Made by a program: the position numbers and the translations under genes. A stretch of 64,000 bases of DNA, taken from Raillietiella orientalis. Its lineage: Eukaryota. Location: NCBI GenBank assembly GCA_036172245.1, contig JAYWIR010000036.1, positions 1 through 64,000 of the forward strand, in the 5' to 3' direction. The notes beneath the pieces are model-generated. The model was not told the origin of the DNA and did no database searches. It worked only from the letters and a program-made list of their open reading frames with translations. This document shows, in pieces, positions 1-10,780 of this stretch (its first letter is position 1; each line of letters opens with the position of its first letter).

Positions 1-620
1 TAGGCCGTTAAGGTGGAGGGAAGCTCATGCGATTAAGAAGCTCCAGGAGGAGCTCCTGGTCCATGCAGTTGAACGCTTTATGAAGATCGACTGCGATCTC
101 TAGGGCTCCCTTACCTGCCCGTTGTCTCTTCCATGACCATCGGTCTCCCTTAGATTGGGGTTTATGAGAGTTTATTTGCGTTCTTTTTTTCTTCTTTCAC
201 ATGGAACCATGTGCTGGCGAGGAACAGGTTAGCGTCCATGCTTCGCCCGGGAACAGCGTAAGTATGCTCCGGGCTAATTACGGATTCGGCTACCTGTCCG
301 AGCCGCGCAGCCCACAGTTTCGCGACCAACTTGACGCCCGTGTTGACGACCGTGATCGGACGCCAGCTGTTCAACTTACGGTGGTCTCCTCCCTTAGGAA
401 GGAGCCTCATCCTAGCTGACCGGAACGAGGCGGGAACATCGCCTTCTTCCCGGATCAGCTGTGTCAACCTAAGCACCAAGGGGGTCATCTCTGCCACGAA
501 GCTTGAAAAAATTCCGCGGGCAGGCCGTCCTCCCCTGCTGCCTTCCGCCTCTTGAGCCTTTTTATCGCGGTGATGACTTCACCGATCGTAAAAGGCTCGT
601 TTATGCTTTCCCTCTCCCCC
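1..620 (-). pseudogene. L1/Tx1-like non-LTR retrotransposon ORF2, reverse transcriptase N-terminal part (frameshifted)
   Basis: Minus-strand motifs EPFTIGEVITAIKRLKRRKAAGEDGLPAEFFK, LLPKGGDHRKLNSWRPITVVNTGVKLVAKLWAARL, PGRSMDAN and IAVDLHKAFN match the non-LTR RT motifs (KAPGxDG, NWRPISLL, DxxKAFD). Confidence 0.9.
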
Positions 621-914
621 TCCCCTATTGCCGGGGTTCCGTCCGGGAGTAGCAGTCGCGAGGTGTCCCGCTCGGGAGGCGCCCTGGCATATAGGGAGGA
701 ATAAAATTCCCTCAGGATGTGTCGAATCGCGGCCGGGGCGGAGTGTTCCCGGTCCTGGTCGTCCAGCAGGGTGGGCGCCCCGGACTGCCAGGCTTGGCGC
801 TCAGCCCCGGCTCGGTACTCGGCCAGGCGACGGACGTTGGGGGTGCTCGCGTAACGACGGGCGTATTACTGCTGAGGACATGTCGGCGTGCTCCTCGCCC
901 CGTCCTGCGAGAAG

Positions 915-2741
915 TCAGCTGGCAGCACCGCGGATTGGGAAGCCGACTCGCTCCCGTTCACCGCCGCATCGTACGCAGCTAAGTCCTGGGAGCCGACAAT
1001 CATCGCCTCGGGGTCGGAGCAGGGGCCAGGACCGCTTCCTCAGATCACGCTTTGGCTTCTGCAGCGGCCCTCTCGCGCGAAGCGACAGAGCACGCAGCCG
1101 TAGTGCAAACCTGGATTCGCACCTTCTGCGGCGTGCTTCGCTCCTGCCACCTACCTTCAAAATGAGGAATTGCGAAGGATCTACCTTCGTCTTCCCCTTT
1201 GTGGGCGTGCTGGCGACCCGAGTTCAGACCGCGTCGCTGTCCTTGGGAACGCCATGCTGGGAGGAGGACGCCTTCGTCGCCTGTTTGTCCGGAGCTACGG
1301 GCTCAGGTTTCGCTCTCGCGACGAGAGAAGGCGTTGCCCGCTTCACCTGCTCCTTCGCTGGTGCGGGCGAAACGGCGCTCATTGCCGCCATCGCGCCATG
1401 CGCTATTGCAGCCTTCACTGCCAGTGCTTTCGCCGTGGACGGAGTGCTCTCCTCGCACTTAGGGAGGCACGGCCGTTCAGAGGCAGTTCTGACGCTGTCC
1501 GCGCACGGTTTCCCGTGTTTTCCGGCCGCGGACGACCCAGCAGCCTTCGTTGAGTGCGTGTGTGCACTCTTAGGCTGCTCCGCGAGGGACGCTTTGCCCC
1601 CAGAGCGACGTGGCAATCTTCCCCGTCTGCGCGGATGTCTAGGACTGTGCCTTCCCTCAAGCAAGCACGCCCTTTTTCGCAGGGCCGTCGCTCGCTGCAG
1701 CAGCGTCATTCGCGCCCGATTTCTTCCCGGGCGCAGCGGGCGAAGTTTTCGGGTGGCCGGCGTCAGCTGGAGGCGATTCCTCGGCTGCCGTTTTCGCTTC
1801 AGCTCGGCGCACTCTTTAATGGAGTGACCGAGCAGTTTGCAATAGCGGCAGTTGCGAGAAGGGCACTTCCATGGACGGTGGCCCTCTGTGCTGCAAACGC
1901 CTCAAGCCGGTCGACGGCCGGCAAACTTAAGGTGAAAGATCGCGTCGTCCACATGTAATTGGGAAGGCATTAGCCTCCGATCCGCCATGGTCACTCGCGC
2001 CATGGCAAGTCCGCTGTGGAGACATGCTATCCTTTTAATCGGATTCTCTGCCCTCCACAGCGCGTGCACCGTGGCGAATGCACTCAGTGCACCGACGAGA
2101 ACGCGATCGGGAGTGTCCACCTGGACGGCGGACAATCGGACCACGAACGACTGGTCCATGGCCGACGGGACGACCTCCTTCCCGCGTATGTTTAGCGGGG
2201 TACCAAGAAGGCGCTGGACTAGGGCTGCCTCTTTGCAGTGCACCTCCCAGTGTCCAAGCGCGTTCACAGGCATCACAGCCAAGAGGTCTTCCTGCCTGAC
2301 ACCGACGCGTTCGAGATAGGCCCATAGATTTTCTCCGACCCCGTCGGAGACAGCAGCACAAACCGGATAGCAGAGAGCAGGCTTGTAGCCATGGGCTGCA
2401 TATGCCTGCATCCCCGCTTCGTCGGGCGGTGCTCCGTTTGCTGCCGCCGCCTTGACGATGGAGGCGAAGCGTCTCGGCGGTGGCGAGACCGAACCATCGG
2501 AGGCGGGCCGAGCATCAGGGGTAGAAACTCCAGTGTCGGCTGCAGCCTCCACACCCATCCTCTCATGCACGGGGGCCGTGGACATCCGAGTGGACGCACG
2601 CGAGCACACCACACACAAAGAAGACGGAAAGGAATCGCGCTCGAGGAGCAACGCAGGGCACGTCAGTGCAGCGTTGTCGAAGAGCGCGTTCCCGACGTTC
2701 CCGAATGCTGCGAGGAAGAACTCGCCGCTACCGTGGAGCAA
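915..2741 (-). pseudogene. L1/Tx1-like ORF1 (gag-like: RRM-like region, two CCHC zinc knuckles, low-complexity tail)
   Basis: ORF 1902..2741 ends in TGA, but the frame continues as *GVCSTEGHRPWKC-PSRN-CRYCKLLGHSIKEC (two CX2CX4HX4C units). It runs in frame into ORF 1224..1709 and, past a second TGA, into 915..1160. It lies upstream of the RT remnant on the same strand. Confidence 0.8.
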
Positions 2742-2759
2742 CGCTCAGTGGACATATTC

Positions 2760-4360
2760 ATTTTTTTTTTCACATGTTTTTCTTTTCGCATTTAAAATAC
2801 ATGCTTTCTCTCGAACAGAGAAATATTGGGTAAGAATGTAAAAGTTTCGAACATATGTATTAAGATATACTTAGATCTGTATTGGATTAATATTTAATTA
2901 ATTTTTTTTGTTTTGCATCAAGAGTCTAGTGCCATTACGTTCACTGTTATTTTGTTAGGATTGGGGAACACTGGCACTGTTATAGTCAAAGAGAAAAGTG
3001 TTTAACCACGAGGAGGGAACTCAAAGTGTAGCTAGGATGGCTACGCCTTGTCCAAGTAGGGTACTGAAATCATTGGGATTTTCATCATGAAGAATTAGAG
3101 GGGTCCGTTCTTGGACAGCATGGATGTGGAAGGAAATCGAAGCTTCAGGAAGGTTTGGAGGCAGCAAGTTTTCCGGTGAATATCTCTGGAAAACTTAATA
3201 GTGGCGTAGCTAAATGGGCTGCCACATCTCTTAGGGTGTGGCTGTTCACTCCTTGGGATTTCAGTACATTGCCATTGATGGAGTCCCAGCTTCCTAGAGC
3301 ATTAATCACAATAGCGTCATTGAAGACGTTTAAGGAATTTTGTAGTGCCGAGCTGAATGCAACGGGACGATTCTCGAAGGGAACGATGATATCTATGATG
3401 ATCGCTGTAGTGGATGCAAGAAGATGTCGGGACGCAGGAAAGAGTCTACTGACTCGATTCTCTTGACCCGAGACGAAATTGGCCACGAAGGGGATAGTAA
3501 CGAAAACATCCAATCCGCTACGTAGTCGTGCCCTTTGGTAATCGAGGAGCTGAAATGGCGGGGACAATGGCACAATACATGCGCAAGTGTTTCTTTTTCA
3601 TATCCGCAGAAACGGCACGTTACGATGAGTCGACGTCCCACGACCGTGGGACGTCGACGACTTCCGTTCAGCACTAACTGGTTTAATCGTGCTCTGTGGA
3701 TAAATCGTTAATGAGAAAATCTTATACCACCAGACAGCGATAGGAAGGACATGGACGCGGGATGAAGGCTAGCGCATTCCATCATTCTTCCCTGATCAGG
3801 CTTCGCAAAGAGAGATTTGCATCTTTCGTCTCTTAGAAATAGCGAATGTTTCTTGCCATTTGCCTCCTATGTGAAGCCGAAAGAATTTTGGGGATTTCAG
3901 CAGTAGTAGAGTGGACGGAAATGGTGATGCAGTTCTCCTCAGAACCTGATTCGATAGGTAGATGTTTGGATGCTTCCCTGACCGGGGACCAAAATGTGCG
4001 TGGGTCACCACTCATGCAATTCAGGGGTTCCAGACAACACCCATCGAGAAAGCGGGTAATGAGGGTAATGTCAGGAGGGGCATGGTTGGCTATCGCTTCG
4101 CACCGTCCGACAACGTCATCTTTGCTAGGTCGGCAAGTCTGCTATCTGGGCAAGTAAGCAGTTGGAAGGAGGAATCTCCTGTCATCGAGCGCGCTTTCTC
4201 GATAAGGCGCATCACTCCAAGGCAGCAATCCCTTGTTTCTCCATAGAGATATTCGTACCATGACCCTTTTGAGAGGGGGAGGATAGACCGCTTCACGACA
4301 TACTTGATGATTTTGTCGAGCGCAGCACATGAGCTCCAAGGTTTTGTGGACAGACGAAAG
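2760..4360 (-). mobile_element. 5'-truncated, decayed RLE-type non-LTR retrotransposon (NeSL/Utopia/R2-like) with AT-rich 3' UTR and A-tail
   Basis: Motifs in order across frameshifts: ALDKIIKYVVKRSILPL..YEYLYG..CCLGV, RFIHRARLNQLVLNG, CRFCGYEKETLAHVLCHC, HDYVAD, LRPDI, IIIDIIVPFEN, INALGSWDSIN. A T-run at ~2760-2770 is an A-tail on the minus strand. Confidence 0.85.
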
Positions 4361-4364
4361 TCAT

Positions 4365-5300
4365 GAACAAGGCTCATCAACAAGGAGGGAAGCGAACCGA
4401 CGTCGTCGTCCGTCATCGAGGCCGCGCTCGATGACGTCGCCTTCGAACGAGCGGCGGAAGTGCTGGCTTCCTCGCTGAAGCCGTCAACTTCCAAGGCCGG
4501 CAAGAAGGCCGTGAAACGTCCGACCTCTACTCAGGAGTCGGTAACTTCCGACCCCGAGGCTGAGGCCGGAAACGCAGCTTCCATCTCCGCGGCGCCCCGC
4601 AGGAAGGCTGGACGAAAGTCCAGCATACCCCTGCGGAAGACCGTTTCCCCCGCCGAAGAAGAAGAGATGGCTTCCGCAAGCGAGGGTGCCATGAGCGTGG
4701 GAGAATCTTGGAACTCGTTGCCCGAGAGACTCCCACGCTCGGAAACGGAGGGGGTGGAGGAAGAACATGTGTCTGAGGTGCCTGAGGAGGCCGAAACCCC
4801 CATGGCCATCTCACCCGCCTCGGAAAAGGCGGGTCCGCCACACCGACATCTTCCCAGCAGTAATGCCGAGAATATCCTGCCGCCGCCGTCTGCGCATCGC
4901 CCTTGGGAACGTCAACGGCATGACAGACGCCGGCAGCAGACGAGACCTGGCCGCCCTCCTAGGATCCTTCGACCTTGCGCTGCTGCAGGACATCCACGTG
5001 ATCTCTGCAGAACAAGAGCAGGAGATTAGTCACCCGGTCACGCCGCCCGTGTATTTTACACAAGATTTTAGAACAATTACAGAAAATAGCGCGGGAGATG
5101 GAGCGGATCTCCGCAGGACGGCCGCGGTATCGGTGTGGACAACCGCAGAGTTGCGGTCTTGCCTACCTGCTTCGGCCAGTCGTCGAGGACGCGGAGCGGG
5201 GCGTGCGGTTCGACGATCAAGGTCGTGTCGGCCAGCTGCTTCTCAGATGGTCCGACTCCATCGACCTGATTGTCAACGACCTGTATGCCCCGAGGGGCAC
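4365..5300 (+). pseudogene. L1/Tx1-like ORF1 acidic tail followed by ORF2 APE endonuclease N-terminus (fragment)
   Basis: LRIALGNVNGM...DLALLQDIH (the NVNG and LQETH motifs), then in the next frame SCGLAYLL, DDQGRV and VNDLYAP. Preceded by a Ser/Glu/Lys-rich ORF (4460..). Confidence 0.8.
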
Positions 5301-5499
5301 GGACCTGACGGACAGCTGCAAAGCGGCGCGACTGGCTGACCGAGGAAGGCGTGCGGAACTCTCATCCGGTTGCAGGAGAAGTCAACGTGCGTTTTCGTGT
5401 CGCTCCGTAGCTCCACCATTTTGTTGAGCATGTCTTTCCCACCGCTGAGTCACGAGGATGAGAAGTGAACAAGCCAACGTGGAAGTCGGTAAGCCAAGC

Positions 5500-5960
5500 G
5501 TTCCGGTTTTCCCTTCCCGCAGTGGGATCGATGGCGAAAGATATTGCGAGCCATTCGCCTCTGGCAAGCACGTTCGCAGACGTTGCTGCGGTAGCACCTA
5601 TACAAGGAAGCCGCCATGCAGACGCAGAGCTGCAGGCCTACGTAGCCGAGGGTCACAGATCTGCGCTTCGCTATAATGTAAGTAAGATGGGGATGAGTAA
5701 GTGGAAAAACCCTTCCCTGTGGGAGTCCGGCAGGAGGTCCTGAGAGACCTCATGACTGTACGCGCACTGGGCTACGATCAAGTCCGGTGCACTCAGCCTG
5801 AAATTGCCATCCGCACTCCCTTGTCCGTCGGAGGGAAAACTGTTTTTCCCATTGAGATGCACCAATCATTTGTAGCTGCTCTAAAGGACGTGCAGCCAGA
5901 GAGCAACTGCAAACTATGCTATCACCGCATGGCGGAATTAGCCACACAGTTCACGCCGTG
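5500..5960 (+). pseudogene. Internally deleted paralog of the ORF1 at 1902-2741
   Basis: TFADV..AELQAYVAEGHRSALRY, VGVRQE(V/D)L and TPLSVGGKTVFPIEMHQSFVAALKDVQ align with RFASIV..AGMQAYAAHGYKPALCY, VGVRQEDL and TPLNIRGKEVVPSAMDQSFVVRLSAVQ. Confidence 0.8.
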
Positions 5961-8399
5961 AGGAGGAAGAGGAGTTCCTACAAGAAGTTCCCTTCCGTGC
6001 ACGCAGGAACTGCTTCGCCCAAGAAAACCATAACTAACCGTCGCAGGCTGTCTGCGCAGCAGGAATGCAGCACGTCAAACGAACCAATACAAATGCATCG
6101 AAACGCATCGAGGAGTCATTCTAACCAGACGATCCCAACTACTTCCAAGGACCTAAACATTCATCGCCAGAGGAACACGAATATTTTCCGCCCCTTCTCC
6201 AGAGGAGGCTGTCGGTTCAACAGGAAGAACGCCTCGAACAGGAGCAGTTACCATTCACGCACTGCAAAGATGCTTCGTAGGAATGAACAACGACGCGACC
6301 TCACGTTCCGCATGTGTGCTGGCGTGGTGCAGCCACATACACGTGCTCTACCTCCTTTGCTGTCCCGTTTCACCAACACCACCTTCTTCTTCACGAAGAT
6401 TACATCTCCGTAAGGCGGCCAGCGTTCGCGCTCACGACCTCCGCTCGGCAGTCGGCCAATCGCTTTCACACCCTCTTCCCCTTGATTCCTCAGCCAGCCT
6501 CTTTTCTCTCTCTTGCTAGCCTACGCCCATGCTCGACTCTTCCGCCGTCTCTCCGTCTGCAGACACTCGTTTCCCTCCTCCTGATTATCTCCAATTGGCC
6601 TCCCTCCTCCACTCCCTCCCTTGTAGCAGTCCCGTTTACTAAAAGACAACAAGGTTCCCTCCGGGGTTGGCTGTATTTCTCTGCAACGGCCCCCCGTCCG
6701 TCCAGATGATGTTATTACAGACCGGTATTCATCGTGCCCCACGCCTCCGATTCCTGGAAATAGAAGTGTCATCATCCGAGGAACAAATCCCTCAGCTTAC
6801 CCACACCACGATCAGCGGTGGCTCGGAAGCGCGCGGGCATTCCCCGGAATGCCCACACACGATCGAGGATGGACTCGTGGTGCCCCCCGACACCGCGCAG
6901 TCCTCTTCCTTCCGATCCTTGAATTCGGCATCCGAACTCTTGCGTGTGCAACGCCCGATGAGATTTTTCAGCTGCAACCACAAACAGGAATGTTAGAGTC
7001 CCTGCGCCGTCAGTGAACGGGCTCCCACCTCCTTCCTGTAAAACCACATGCCGGCTGCAGCTGCAAGACTGCAGACGAGCCACGTCTTTCCGGTTGGCAT
7101 CTTGAAGCTGGCGGATAAATGAGCAACACTCGACGGGATGGACTTTCTTTGCAGGGATGGTCTTGTGTCTTTTTTTTTCTTTGCACGATGCGTATCCTAG
7201 GAAACCTCTTAGGACAGGCCCCGTCTCACTCGTGGAAACTGCGATTTTCGGGCGGCTCGTTTTCGCGGTCGTGGCGGTGACACGGGATTTCCATCCGAGA
7301 AGGTGGATGGAGCGAAAAGAAAATCACCGCCACCTCTCGTCAACGGAACTCTCGAATAAGGCTTTTCCCGTCCATCCGTCCTTCTCTTCGTCCGAACCTA
7401 CGTGGACCGTCTTTTGCGCTCCCTGCCCCTCTGCCAAAATTACAAGCCTTGCTCTCTTCGTCTGCTTGCCGTCTTCATTCCTGCACCTCTCGTCCTACCT
7501 TGGTGCTGTGCCACTTTGTCGTCTTGCGCGCCTCTTCCTCTTCGTGCTCTTGCACGCACTCTCAGCTCCTGGATTCCTCTTCTCGCGATCTTCTCTGTTT
7601 TTCCCATTACTGCGGATAGGTGGTGCCTTCCTTGGTTCGCCTTCCCACGAGTGATGGAGACTGAGGATTTGCCCCAGGACTCGGTTCTTCACTTTGAGGG
7701 AGCAGAAAGTGCAGGAGCAACACTTTCCTGATGCTCCGCAGCTCTTCTGGTGTCGCGGATGCGTACTTCTGGAGAGCACGAAGCTATTTTGCAAGCCATG
7801 AAGAAACTTCATCGGCAGCAGAGAAGAAGGGAAGCAAACAACCGTCTGGATGCTTGGAGTTTCCCGCGATTGTGCTCCCATTTGTCGCGCATTCCAGACG
7901 GCGTCGTGAGGGTGTCATCTGCAGAGCGAGGTGTCTCCAGCAGTGGCGCTCATTCTGCCAGTGTGTCCGGCAGGAGGGTGTTTGCGGCGCACTACACGAA
8001 CCACGTGTACACACGTAGCCCTCTCACGTACTATGCTTCCCAATTGAGTTTCCGCTAGAGGGCATCTCGGTCGCTTCCTGTAAGCGATTCCGCTGGAGAG
8101 TCGGTTCATCTTTTTGCGTCAGGTTTCCCCATTTCTCGTTCATTGATGCGCTCACTGCGTCTGAAAGTACACCTCCGGAAACTGTGCATTGCAGCCAAGT
8201 CGTGCTGAGTTTTCACATGAATGACGGACAGTTCTCATGAGGAAATGCATTCCTGGAATGCACACGTAAGGACTGTGGAAAGGATCGGCGTGAGAAAACA
8301 TGCTAGCCAGGTGGCAAATGAAAAGTAAATAGATAAAGCATGTGCGTAAGGAGGAAAGGAGCCGCCAGCGTAGAGAAGAAATGTAAAGCAAAGTTGATC

Positions 8400-10490
8400 G
8401 AGCGTTGCTACGATAGCGGCTGGCTGCAGGGCGTCCCTCACGGAGAAAAGCCGAAAAACGTCTCTGGGAGGGCTACCTTCCACGATCCCTGGGGTCGTAC
8501 CCAAGCGTTCCCAAAGAAGCCGGAGGGCAGCGCAGTCAACTAAGAGGTGCGAAAGGGATTCACGCTCCCCACACCTGGCACATTTTGGATTCACTCGTCC
8601 CCGTGTCCAGTGGTGGCGGCGCGCGTTGCAGCGGAGCCGCCAGTGCAACAGCATAAGCGTCAACTCCTGCCATTTTAGGGGAAGGATCCTTCTTCCGGTT
8701 ATCACTGGAGGCCACTTCAGGTCGTCCGTCGTGGTGCCGAGCAGCTCGCCCAATTTTTTGAGTCCTTGCGGAAGGACGCTCTTGCTTTGTGTCGTCTGCC
8801 AGCTGTCCCATGGTCCAACCGCTCATCAACTTTTCCCTGCCTGCGATACGGCAACAGACTTGCCACGTCGGCGTCCGGCTGCTGAGTGGCTCCTCTTATT
8901 CACTACAGCCCACGTGCCAACTGTTTCATCCAGCCATGTGCTGGAGTTGACGGGGCTGCAGATCATCCAAGCATTCTCCCTCGCCAGGGTGGCTACTCGT
9001 CCGAGGAGAAGGCCGCATCTTCTTGTCTTCCTTCCACGACATAAAAGAAGAGATGCGAGTCCTCCCGTTCCGGATACACGTCTGGCGAGTAGGCGGGCGG
9101 GAGCACACCAGGGGGTGCTCCACAGCTTGGCTGCGATGGCCGAGGTTCGCCATCGCAGCTGAATTTCCATGCGCTCCAGCGTCAGGAGGCCTAGACCACC
9201 ATCACGACGCGGAGCGCACAAGTCCATCAAAGGGACTCGGGGCCTCCCCTTCCCCCAAAGGGCGATGCGCAGGAGGTCCTTGGTCCTCTTTTTTATTTCT
9301 TTGGGGACGGGGCAAACAAAAAGTAGGAGGCGAAGGATGGGAGCCGCAAAAGCGTTCCATACCGCATGCACTTCAGAGGTGAGCCGATAGCCTTCACTTT
9401 CCGGGGCGGCCTGACCAGGCTTCTGACAGGCGGAAGTCGCCCAGCGGAACGCCAAGGTATGCACTTCAAATACCCGCCCGTTGGGATCCCCATGCGGATC
9501 CAATCAGGCCGTCCTTCCCACGTCGCTCCAACTGCCACCACCGACGATTTTGCCCTGTTAACCCGGAGTCCCGTCCCACGGCTTAGCAGATCGAAGAAAT
9601 CTTCGACTGCCATTGCCGGGGCGGACATGGGGAGCAGGAGCAGAAGATCGTCCATACGACGACACGGCAGGCGTACCGGAGCACGAGCTCGACAAGGCGG
9701 CCAAAGTAGCCCTGTACGCTCTCAGCACCAACTCGAAGTAGGTGCTAAAGAGCAGGGTATTCAGCCTGTCTCCCTGCCTGATGCTGCGCCGCAACGGCAC
9801 GCCTTACACGTTTTGACATCTGAAAAAGACGTTGATTATCGCGTTGCTCCAGCAAGAGTGCAGGTAGGCCGTTAAGGCGACCGGAAAGCTCATACGATTA
9901 AGAAGCTTCCAAAGAAACTCCTGGTCCATGCAGTTGAACGCTTTATGCAGATCGACTGCGATCTCTAAGGCTCCCTTCCCTGCCCTGTTGTCTCTTCCAT
10001 GCCCAGCTTGCGCCTCCCAATTGGGGTTTATGACAATTTATTTCTTCCTTTTTTCTTCGCATTTCACATGGAACCATGTGCTGCGAAGAACAGGTTCGCG
10101 TCCATGCTTCGCCCGGGAACAGGGGCGAAGTATGGAGGGCTAATTATGAATTCGGCTACCTGTCCGAGCCGCGCAGCCCACAGTTTCGCGACCAACTTGA
10201 CGCCCGTGTTGACGACCGTGATCGGACGCCAGCTGTTCAACTTACGGTGGTCTCCTTCCTTAGGAAGAGCCTCATTCCTAGCTGACCGGAACGAGGCGGG
10301 AACATCGCCTTCTTTTCGGATCAGCTGTGTCAACCTAAGCACCAAGGGGGTCATCTCTGCCACGAAGCTTGAAAAAATTCCGCGGGCAGGCCGTCCTCCC
10401 CTGCTGCCTTCCGCCTCTTGAGCCTTTTTATCGCGGTGATGACTTCACCGATCGTAAAAGGCTCGTTTATGCTTTCCCTCTCCCCCTCCC
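8400..10490 (-). pseudogene. L1/Tx1-like ORF2 remnant: RT core, GGLG region and zf-RVT finger; chimeric at 8885/8886
   Basis: SWRPITVVN, VDLHKAFN, IRQGDRLNTLLF (QGxPLSP), MDDLLLL (YADD position), TGLRVNRAKS, LCAPRRDGGLGL and CARCGERESLSHLLVDC, in the expected order with several frameshifts. Confidence 0.9.
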
Positions 10491-10780
10491 CTATTGCCGG
10501 GGTTCCGTCCGGGAGTAGCAGTCGCGAGGTGTCCCGCTCGGGAGGCGCCCTGGCATATAGGGAGGAATAAAATTCCCTCAGGATGTGTCGAATCGCGGCC
10601 GGGGCGGAGTGTTCCCGGTCCTGGTCGTCCAGCAGGGTGGGCGCCCCGGACTGCCAGGCTTGGCGCTCAGCCCCGGCTCGGTACTCGGCCAGGCGACGGA
10701 CGTTGGGGGTGCTCGCGTAACGACGGGCGTATTACTGCTGAGGACATGTCGGCGTGCTCCTCGCCCCGTCCTGCGAGAAG

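Larger units (their letters stand above)
1..8885. repeat. Tandem segmental duplication, copy 1 (probably extends left of the window)
   Basis: 1-8885 aligns end to end with 9865-18745 (offset 9860-9876). ORFs recur with identical translations, e.g. 1902..2741 = 11778..12617 and 4460..5029 = 14334..14903. Identity stops after ...gtccggctgctga at 8885/18745. Confidence 0.97.

Noticed and set aside
628..1827. 399-aa plus-strand ORF, and the many other Arg/Pro/Ser-rich ORFs in the track
   Set aside because: Shadow frames of GC-rich retroelement DNA. This one is antisense to ORF1 and frameshifted in copy 2.
3021..3031. tcaaagtgtag resembling the U2 snRNA branch-site pairing region (Utopia target)
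   Set aside because: Only 11 nt, opposite in orientation to the element, and the flanks do not continue as U2.
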